From sequence record SRR31156797_4072: 64,000 nt of DNA; one strand, 5' to 3'. A program made the translations under genes and the position numbers. The notes under the pieces are model-generated. The model saw only the letters and a program-made list of their open reading frames with translations. It ran no database searches and was not told the origin of the DNA. This document shows positions 9,774 through 17,571 of this stretch, one piece after another; the first letter of the stretch is position 1, and every line of letters starts with the position of its first letter.

Positions 9774-10712
9774 ATGAGAAAAATAACAGCTCATATAATT
9801 TGTGTTTTAATAATTTGCATAGTTTTTATTTTCACACAGTCTTGCGAAAAAAGTATAAACTATCAAATTTCTAAAACTACGTCCACAACTGTTTTATACG
9901 CTTTTCCAATGCCGGATAGTTTAATTCTTGTGCACAGTAGTTATTCTGAAAATATTATATCAACAAGCAATTATAAAAACTTGCAAGATGCTACAATTAC
10001 TGCCATAATTAATAACAAAGTAGTTCATGAGTCAAGTTACCAGTCTTCGAATGAATGGCATAATACAGCTGCCGTTGCACAAGTCAATGATAGTATTCTT
10101 ATTATGATTGAAAAAACAGATGGTAGTACAACTTACGGAGCAACTTCTATTCCCGTTGCAACAAAAATTATTAATTTAGATACACTTTCTATTAAGAGAT
10201 CGAATAATCAAGGTAATGATGAAACCTTATTGAAAATCAAATTGCAAATTAATGATGCTGAATTAGAATTCAATTATTATCAAATAAAAATTGAGTCCAT
10301 AAAAGATAGCCTTTTGTTTGATAACAGTTTAGAAACAATCTATAGCACAGTCGATTTTTCTAAAGATGATAAAGTCTTTAGTATTAGAAATGATGAATCT
10401 TTTTTATTTCCAGATACAGATTTTCAGGGTATATTTAGTGATTATATTTTTAATGGAAATAGTTATGTTGTAGAACTATCAATTCCTGAGAATTATTTAA
10501 ACAATAACAATATTCTTCAAAACAAATTAGTTGTTTATTTGTATTCATTAACCGAAGAATATTACAATTTTTTTCGAACATCAATTATTGAAGAAACATA
10601 TAGGAATTTTCCAATTCAGGAGCCGTATAATATTTATAGTAATGTAAATAACGGCGTTGGTGTTGTTGCTGGTTTATCTGTTGATGCAGATACAATCACA
10701 CTTAAAGAATGA
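9774..10712 (+). CDS. DUF4249 family lipoprotein
   Basis: Lipobox TQSC; FSDYIFNG, LYSLTEEYYNF, YSNVNNGVGVVAG; directly after the receptor. Confidence 0.85.
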   Translation: MRKITAHIICVLIICIVFIFTQSCEKSINYQISKTTSTTVLYAFPMPDSLILVHSSYSENIISTSNYKNLQDATITAIINNKVVHESSYQSSNEWHNTAAVAQVNDSILIMIEKTDGSTTYGATSIPVATKIINLDTLSIKRSNNQGNDETLLKIKLQINDAELEFNYYQIKIESIKDSLLFDNSLETIYSTVDFSKDDKVFSIRNDESFLFPDTDFQGIFSDYIFNGNSYVVELSIPENYLNNNNILQNKLVVYLYSLTEEYYNFFRTSIIEETYRNFPIQEPYNIYSNVNNGVGVVAGLSVDADTITLKE

Positions 10713-10843
10713 AGCATTAAATATATGTAGATTTGTCAGTTTAATACTGTCAGTTTTTCTTTAGCTTGCACTTTTTTAATAATTGGGATAAATTTTGATT
10801 ACAAAACCAATAAATTTAAATAATATAAAAGAACACTATAATT

Positions 10844-11842
10844 ATGGCATTATTTGAAAAAATGGGGAATTTAGATTCTTCCAATTCCACTTCTGGAGAT
10901 TCAAACGAAATTGAAAAAGTAAAAGTTTTAATCATAGGTTCTGGTCCTGCCGGATATACTGCTGCAATTTATGCTTCCAGAGCAAACTTAAAACCAGTTA
11001 TGTACGAAGGGTTGCAACCAGGCGGACAATTAACCACTACAACTGAAGTAGAAAACTTCCCAGGTTATCCTGAAGGAACAACAGGCCCTGCTATGATGGA
11101 AGATTTAAAAAATCAGGCTGTTCGTTTTGGAGCTGATGTTCGTTTTGGATATGCAACAGCAGCTGATTTATCGCAACGCCCATTTAAAGTTACTGTAGAC
11201 GGCAATAAAACAATTGAAGCTGAAACTGTAATTATTGCAACTGGTGCAACTGCTAAATATTTAGGTCTAGAAGATGAGCAAAAATATGCTGGTTCCGGTG
11301 TTTCTGCCTGTGCAACATGTGATGGATTCTTTTATCGTGAAAAAGTAGTTGGCGTTGTTGGTGGTGGCGACACAGCTTGCGAAGAAGCTATTTACTTAGC
11401 TGGACTAGCTAAGAAAGTATACCTGATTGTACGAAGAGATGTTTTAAGAGCTTCAAAAGTAATGCAAGACAGAGTATTTGCGACAGAAAACATTGAAGTA
11501 CTTTGGAAACATCAAACTAAAGGATTAACTGGTGATGGCGTTGTAGAAGGTGCAATATTGGTTAAGAACCAAGGTGAGGAAAACGAAGAAGAAGTAAAAG
11601 TGGCTATGGATGGTTTCTTTTTAGCCATTGGGCATACCCCGAATTCAGATATCTTTAAAGATTATTTGGATACTGATGAAGTTGGATACATTCAGACAAA
11701 AGGAAATACTTCAAAAACAAATGTAGAAGGTGTATTTGCTTGTGGTGATGTGATGGATAATCAATATCGTCAGGCGGTAACTGCTGCTGGTTCAGGTTGT
11801 AAAGCAGCTATTGATGCTGAAAGATTTTTAAGCGAAAATTAG
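10844..11842 (+). CDS. trxB: Thioredoxin-disulfide reductase
   Basis: IIGSGPAGYTAA, ACATCDG redox motif, VGGGDTA, YRQAVTAAGSG. Confidence 0.97.
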   Translation: MALFEKMGNLDSSNSTSGDSNEIEKVKVLIIGSGPAGYTAAIYASRANLKPVMYEGLQPGGQLTTTTEVENFPGYPEGTTGPAMMEDLKNQAVRFGADVRFGYATAADLSQRPFKVTVDGNKTIEAETVIIATGATAKYLGLEDEQKYAGSGVSACATCDGFFYREKVVGVVGGGDTACEEAIYLAGLAKKVYLIVRRDVLRASKVMQDRVFATENIEVLWKHQTKGLTGDGVVEGAILVKNQGEENEEEVKVAMDGFFLAIGHTPNSDIFKDYLDTDEVGYIQTKGNTSKTNVEGVFACGDVMDNQYRQAVTAAGSGCKAAIDAERFLSEN

Positions 11843-11871
11843 TATTAAAAAAAACATACTTGCGAAATGAA

Positions 11872-11900
11872 CCTGTAGTCATTTGACTGCAGGCTTTTTT
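11872..11900 (+). terminator. Intrinsic terminator of trxB
   Basis: CCTGTAGTC-ATTT-GACTGCAGG stem followed by CTTTTTT. Confidence 0.8.
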
Positions 11901-11920
11901 ATTGTCTTTTAAAATAATTG

Positions 11921-12394
11921 CTATTTATAAACTGTCTTTAATCTATAATTAATAAGAATAGCTTTAATACCTTTTCTTAACAACCATACCAGCGGTATTG
12001 CTACAATTAACCAAACTAACACTCCATATAAATTCCACATTCCAAGATTTTGCAATGCGCTCCAAAAATCATTCTTAAATACAGATAGAATAAATCCATT
12101 TGAAAATTCGATTTGATCGGGAGAAAACATGAATACGCCTAGTCTCATAAAAGGAACAAATAATAATATTTGAAGAGGATAAACCGCATTTGATACCAAT
12201 TGCAATAATACTTGATTCAACTTTAGCCGCCATGCAAAGAACATAGAGAGATAAATGTTTAAGCCAAAGAAAAATGGAACAATTCCAAGCACCAATCCAA
12301 GTGCAATGGCATGTGCCTGCTTTTCAGGTGATAAATCAGCTTTTAATAAAGAAACAAATTTTTCCTTCCATTTAATTAGTATTTGCTTAAGCAT
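11921..12394 (-). CDS. DUF2062 family membrane protein
   Basis: SPEKQAHAIALGLVLGIVP, RLKLN, YPLQILLFVPFMRLG; several TM segments. Confidence 0.8.
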   Translation of the reverse strand: MLKQILIKWKEKFVSLLKADLSPEKQAHAIALGLVLGIVPFFFGLNIYLSMFFAWRLKLNQVLLQLVSNAVYPLQILLFVPFMRLGVFMFSPDQIEFSNGFILSVFKNDFWSALQNLGMWNLYGVLVWLIVAIPLVWLLRKGIKAILINYRLKTVYK

Positions 12395-12727
12395 AGAATA
12401 GATTTAGATATTCGATAATAATAAAAGTAAACGAATCTTCTAATCTTGCTTTTACAATAACTTTAATCAATTGTTAATAAAAATGATTTTCAAAAAGTTT
12501 GCTTGCTTAGTCTCCTACTCTATATTAATGACTAATAAACAAATAATTAACACTTTTATTACGTGTTATTAATCGATTATTTTAGTTTTTTACCTAAATT
12601 CAGTAACTATTTTTATTGTTAATAAATAAATGCTAAAAATGTAACAAATACCTAATTTAAAGTAATACTTACGTTAGTGTCTTTTATTTTAAAATTCTAT
12701 CAATCTCTTACTTAATACTAATCAATT

Positions 12728-13366
12728 ATGAAACTGACTTTCGAAAGTGTAGAGCAAGCTTATACTGATAAAAAATATTTGTTTAATAAGGATTATCCCT
12801 ATCAGATTAATATATTTGGCATTCGATCGATAAACACTAGTGAGAAAGAATTTAGAGACATTTTAGGTTTAGCTTATTTTGATTCTTTTACCAACCCTGT
12901 GATACTAAGTTTTCCAGCTACAACAAACCCTGCTTTATACTGGATAAAGCACAGAAACATGAGTAGAAATGGTGCTGCGATATTAGTTCCCGGACAATAT
13001 GAAAACTGCTGGATGATAGGAAAGCATAATAATATATATGAAGAATTAGTTCAAAAAGGAACACATAACTTTAAAGTTTGGCGAAATTTTGATTCTAAGG
13101 ATCAATTGGATAAGAAAAAAATATATCATGATGTAACAGGTTTAAATGTTAATACCAATAGTATTATCCGCGATATTGATAAACAAGGACAATACAATGC
13201 AGGTTGTCAGATCATACAAAATGATCTTGACTTCCAGGTTTTTCTATCAGTCCTTAAAAGATCGGCGAGCCTTTATGGATCAGTATTTTCGTATACTTTA
13301 TTCGAAGAAAAAGACTTTAAACCATTAATATTTACTAAAATACACAATCAAAACAATGTTGAATAA
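12728..13366 (+). CDS. Hypothetical protein resembling a YkuD/L,D-transpeptidase-like family, with degenerate catalytic motif
   Basis: NIFGIR, ATTNPA, AILVPGQY, GLNVN..NAGCQ resemble a family I recall with TTDPG, GINIH and WSAGCQ. Confidence 0.6.
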   Translation: MKLTFESVEQAYTDKKYLFNKDYPYQINIFGIRSINTSEKEFRDILGLAYFDSFTNPVILSFPATTNPALYWIKHRNMSRNGAAILVPGQYENCWMIGKHNNIYEELVQKGTHNFKVWRNFDSKDQLDKKKIYHDVTGLNVNTNSIIRDIDKQGQYNAGCQIIQNDLDFQVFLSVLKRSASLYGSVFSYTLFEEKDFKPLIFTKIHNQNNVE

Positions 13367-14273
13367 CCCTGCTTTAAATGTGGCATTAGGTCTGGTTTTT
13401 ATTTATGCCATCTACAGTTTAATCACGACCACTTTAACCGAATTAATCAGCTCATGGATAAATCTCAGAGGAAAAGTATTAAGAGCTGCGATTCAAAGAA
13501 TGCTTGATGATGACGATGCGAATGACTCAGAACTCAGTAAAATATTTTTGAACAGGCCTGAGTATAAATATTTAGGTAAAAAGAGTTTGTTTTCGAAAAA
13601 ATCAAGACTTCCCTCCTATTTAAAACCTAAAACTTTTGCTAGAACTTTATTTCAAACTCTGAATCAAGTTTATGATGCAAATGATGAATTGGAGAACATT
13701 AAATCAAAACTCAATAAAGAAAGCGATACTCAAAAATTTTTAATTAACCTGATTAATGAATCAAACAACCAAATTCATCGTTTTAATCGAGCTTCTGAGG
13801 AATGGTATAATGATATGATGGATCGGGTTTCTGGTTGGTATAAAAAGAAAATTCATGTGATTACATTTTTGTGTGGATTATTAATCTCATTAGTTTTAAA
13901 CATTAACACCATAGATATTGCCCAAAAGCTAGGTACGAACACAGAAGCCCAATTAGCTATGATTGAATCCGCTTCATTATATTTACAAAACAATCAAACT
14001 CAAGATAAAAATGAAGTAGAAGTTAATCAAATAGAACAGTTAAATGGAGAGTTGAACCAATTAATGACTCAAGCGCAAAAAAATCAGTCTATTTTGCAAG
14101 GTGAATATCCATGGCAAATATCCGGAGCTAAGTGTTCTGACTATATAATGTATGTAATTGGATGTCTATTAACTTCTATTGCCCTATCTCTTGGTTCTCC
14201 ATTTTGGTTTGATTTACTTAACAAACTAGTCAAGATGCGAAGCGCAGGTGTTCAGGAAAAGTCAACTAAATAA
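13356..14273 (+). CDS. Conserved hypothetical multi-pass membrane protein
   Basis: VALGLVFIYAIYSL TM, WYNDMMDRVSGWYKK, SLGSPFWFDLLNKL; overlaps the upstream gene by 11 nt. Confidence 0.8.
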   Translation: MLNNPALNVALGLVFIYAIYSLITTTLTELISSWINLRGKVLRAAIQRMLDDDDANDSELSKIFLNRPEYKYLGKKSLFSKKSRLPSYLKPKTFARTLFQTLNQVYDANDELENIKSKLNKESDTQKFLINLINESNNQIHRFNRASEEWYNDMMDRVSGWYKKKIHVITFLCGLLISLVLNINTIDIAQKLGTNTEAQLAMIESASLYLQNNQTQDKNEVEVNQIEQLNGELNQLMTQAQKNQSILQGEYPWQISGAKCSDYIMYVIGCLLTSIALSLGSPFWFDLLNKLVKMRSAGVQEKSTK

Positions 14274-14295
14274 GAATAAAACTTAAAACATATAT

Positions 14296-16602
14296 TTAAT
14301 TTAAAAGCACTTCAACTTTCTTAGATTGAGGTGTTTTTGTTTTATAAAGGGGAATTGTAAAGCTAAATTGTGATCCATAACCAGGTTTGCTAATAACAAA
14401 TAACTCGCCTCCATTACGTGAAATAAATTCTTTACTTAATGCCAACCCTATCCCACTACCTGTTTCCTGGTCTGTAGTTGGGATATATGTTGTTCCTTTT
14501 GAATTGATAATTCCTTCAATTGTTTTATTCTCCATACCCATACCATTGTCCTTAATCCTCACCTCAAAGAAAGTATCTTTCTCTAAACATGTTATCTTAA
14601 TATAGCCCTTTGTAGCCGTAAACTTAATGGCGTTTGAAAGAATATTCCGGATAACTGTCTGTACCATTACCCTATCCGCATATACCATAATATCAGACTC
14701 AAATTCGTATTGAATTGAGATGTTTTTAAACGCTGCAAAATGGCTAACCAGTTTTATATTGTCCTGAATAAGCTGATTAATATTTAGAGGTTCCGGATTA
14801 AACTTAATATTGCCCAATTGCGATTTTGACCAGTGCAAAAGATTATCCATCAGGTGGAAAGTATTATTAGCCGATTCATTTAACGAATTTAAAGATTTTG
14901 ATATCATCTCTTTATCCAAAGAATCTAATCTGTCAGATAGCATTTGGATTAAGTTTCTAAACCAATACAAAGGATTTCTTAGCTCATGAGAAATAATGCT
15001 AAACAACTTTACCTGCTGATCTTTTGAATGTTTTAATTTGGTATTAAGCCTTTCCAGTTCTACATTCTGAAGTGTAATATTATCGTTTAACTGTGTAAGC
15101 TTAATATTGGCTTTTTTCTTTTGCAAAAACATACCATACACAATAAAAACCAAGATTATAAGTAAACAAAAAAGGACAATAGCAAAAATGATATACTGGT
15201 TTTTTCGTTTAATCATTAATTCTTTAATCTGGTTCTCTTTTTTGAGTACTTCATTTTCACGATTTTGTAATGACAATTTATATTCGGTTTGCAATTCTGC
15301 AATTTTTCGATTCGATTCCAGATTAATCATTTCCTTATACAAAACTGTATAGTTTTGGTAAAACGTTAATGCCTCCTGGAAATTTCCCATGTTTTGATGT
15401 ATCTCTGAGAACATCAAATTAAAATCGGCAATACTCGCATTTACTTCTTCTTTAATCGCAATATTTAAACCTTTTTGTGCAAAAGTAAGCGCTAGCTTAA
15501 AGTATCCTGAAGTTTTATATACCTCTGCCAAGGATAATAAAGCTTTCATTTCGCCAATGGTATATCCAATTCTATGAGAAAGTTCTAATGAATGCTCATA
15601 CTTGTTTATGGCATCTTTTGATTTATTTTGCAGATGAAAAATAACACCCTGATTTTGAATGTTTTTTATTTGTCCCTTGGTATACCCTATTTCATCGCAA
15701 ATTTCATTTGACTTTTCAAAACATACCAGAGCACTATCCAAATCATTGATATCCAGTAAAACCTCGCCCAAATTTTTTAACGATTTAGCCACGCCCTCTT
15801 TGTAATTCATTTCACGACGTGCTTTTAAGGCTTGTTTATGAAAATGAATTGCTTTTTTATAATCTTTAAATTCCTGATAAATATTGCCCAGATGGTTAAA
15901 CGTAGTAGCCAACTCTATTTTATTGCTTTTTCCGCTAATTAAATTTTCAGAAATCAGAAAATGTTCCAAGGATTTAGGGTAATCACCAACCGTTTTAAAA
16001 TGTTTACCAATTTTATTGTGTAACGCAACTATTTCAATGGTATCACTTATTTCTTCAGCCAATTTAAGCCCTTGTTTATAGCATTGTAATGATTCACTAA
16101 AATCACCTTTGGAGTGATAATATTTCCCCATATAATTCAAGGCTTTAACCTTAAGGATCTCATAATTATATTGTATAGCTAATTGATAAGCTTCTTTAAA
16201 GAGTACTAACGCTTCATTAAAAATAGCCCAGTTATAATAAATCTCTCCAATATTTAAAATGGCTTCAATTAAACCGTATTTATGATTCTGATCAGTATAG
16301 ATTCCCCGCGCTTTTTCATAATATATAAGAGCCAGATTTGTATTTCCTTGCAGAGCAGTTAGCGTTCCTGAAAGCAGCATAATCTCTGCATATATTGTAT
16401 CTCTTTTGCTACCAGAATAACAACTATATGCTTTTTGCAGATAGTAAGATGAGCTATCTGAATGTTGAAACTGAAATTTTCTTATTTGGGATAAGTTAAA
16501 TCTTTGTTGTTCTATCCGTGTATCATCCGCATTTACATGCATACAAAAACAACATATCAGGATAGTTAAAACAAATGTTTTTAAAAATAACTCTCTACGC
16601 AT
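14296..16602 (-). CDS. TPR-repeat sensor histidine kinase
   Basis: Signal peptide, multiple TPRs, TM helix, H-box ISHELRNPL, N-box RNILSNAIKF, DNGMG, GSGIGL. Confidence 0.93.
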   Translation of the reverse strand: MRRELFLKTFVLTILICCFCMHVNADDTRIEQQRFNLSQIRKFQFQHSDSSSYYLQKAYSCYSGSKRDTIYAEIMLLSGTLTALQGNTNLALIYYEKARGIYTDQNHKYGLIEAILNIGEIYYNWAIFNEALVLFKEAYQLAIQYNYEILKVKALNYMGKYYHSKGDFSESLQCYKQGLKLAEEISDTIEIVALHNKIGKHFKTVGDYPKSLEHFLISENLISGKSNKIELATTFNHLGNIYQEFKDYKKAIHFHKQALKARREMNYKEGVAKSLKNLGEVLLDINDLDSALVCFEKSNEICDEIGYTKGQIKNIQNQGVIFHLQNKSKDAINKYEHSLELSHRIGYTIGEMKALLSLAEVYKTSGYFKLALTFAQKGLNIAIKEEVNASIADFNLMFSEIHQNMGNFQEALTFYQNYTVLYKEMINLESNRKIAELQTEYKLSLQNRENEVLKKENQIKELMIKRKNQYIIFAIVLFCLLIILVFIVYGMFLQKKKANIKLTQLNDNITLQNVELERLNTKLKHSKDQQVKLFSIISHELRNPLYWFRNLIQMLSDRLDSLDKEMISKSLNSLNESANNTFHLMDNLLHWSKSQLGNIKFNPEPLNINQLIQDNIKLVSHFAAFKNISIQYEFESDIMVYADRVMVQTVIRNILSNAIKFTATKGYIKITCLEKDTFFEVRIKDNGMGMENKTIEGIINSKGTTYIPTTDQETGSGIGLALSKEFISRNGGELFVISKPGYGSQFSFTIPLYKTKTPQSKKVEVLLN

Positions 16603-16605
16603 TAA

Positions 16606-17238
16606 CTATTGAATAACATTATGAGATAAAGCATATTTTGTTAGCTCAACATTATTGGTAAGATTCAACTTTTTAAGGATATTATTACGGTGATTGCTTA
16701 ATGTATTCTTACTTATCATTAAACTTTCGGATATTTCATCTTTTGATTTACCAGAAGCTAATAAATGCATTACCTGGTACTCCCTATCAGTTAAATTTTC
16801 CAAATCAACTTGCTGGTTATCTCCTAAAATAAACTGATTCGCAAAAAAGTATTCCTGAGCCTTGGTTAAATACTTTTTACCTTGCGATGCATTAGTTACC
16901 GCTTTTATCAATTCTTCAGGATCTTCTTCTTTATTAATATAAGCCATTGCTCCTGCCTTTAGCATACGGGCAGCTAATTGCTCATCAGTATTCATTGTAA
17001 ATACAACAACCGGAATATTTTTATGCTCTTTAATAGCTGATACCAGCTGAATGGAATTGATACCCGGCATATTCACATCTACGATGGCCACATCATAATG
17101 ATTTTCATTAATCATTGATAATAGTTCATTTCCATTATCCGTTTCGCCTTGTATATGTATATCAGATCCAATTTGAAAAATCAATTGTAAACCGGTTCTT
17201 ACTACCGCATGGTCATCAGCTATTATTACAGATATCAT
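16606..17238 (-). CDS. NarL/LuxR family response regulator
   Basis: IADDH, DVNMPG receiver; LTDREYQVMHLLASG..HRNNILKKL HTH; start moved to MISVII. Confidence 0.93.
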   Translation of the reverse strand: MISVIIADDHAVVRTGLQLIFQIGSDIHIQGETDNGNELLSMINENHYDVAIVDVNMPGINSIQLVSAIKEHKNIPVVVFTMNTDEQLAARMLKAGAMAYINKEEDPEELIKAVTNASQGKKYLTKAQEYFFANQFILGDNQQVDLENLTDREYQVMHLLASGKSKDEISESLMISKNTLSNHRNNILKKLNLTNNVELTKYALSHNVIQ

Positions 17239-17440
17239 TTTTGTGTATAAATGTGAAGAATAAAACAAAAATACCTTCCTTAAGTCAATACACTTTTTCC
17301 TGGGTGTTAATATATCATTAATAATAACCGCCTTGTTTAAGTAATCTTTATCAATCTCTGCTTTATATGTCTGTTTAAACGATAGACGAACACTTCTATT
17401 TCAATTAAAATCAACACTTAAGACGCACACTAAAGTTTGA

Positions 17441-17459
17441 CATAGTAAAAAGTACTATG
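17441..17459. promoter_or_regulatory. Inverted repeat, candidate response-regulator site
   Basis: CATAGTA-AAAAG-TACTATG perfect 7-bp arms upstream of a candidate promoter (ATTG 17480, TAACATTG 17504). Confidence 0.5.
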
Positions 17460-17571
17460 CCTGACTGTGCATTCGCACTATTGCCGGAGAAAGCTATCAC
17501 AACTAACATTGCAAAGAAATTTAGGACGATTTAAACATCAAAACATAAACTACAAATTGGAAATTCAAGAA

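Noticed and set aside
10844..10915. Ser-rich N-terminal extension of TrxB
   Set aside because: No Cys, metal or signal features; could reflect start-codon choice
17422..17439. CGCACACTAAAGTTTG resembling the right half of the uxa operator
   Set aside because: Half-site only, with no palindromic partner or functional link
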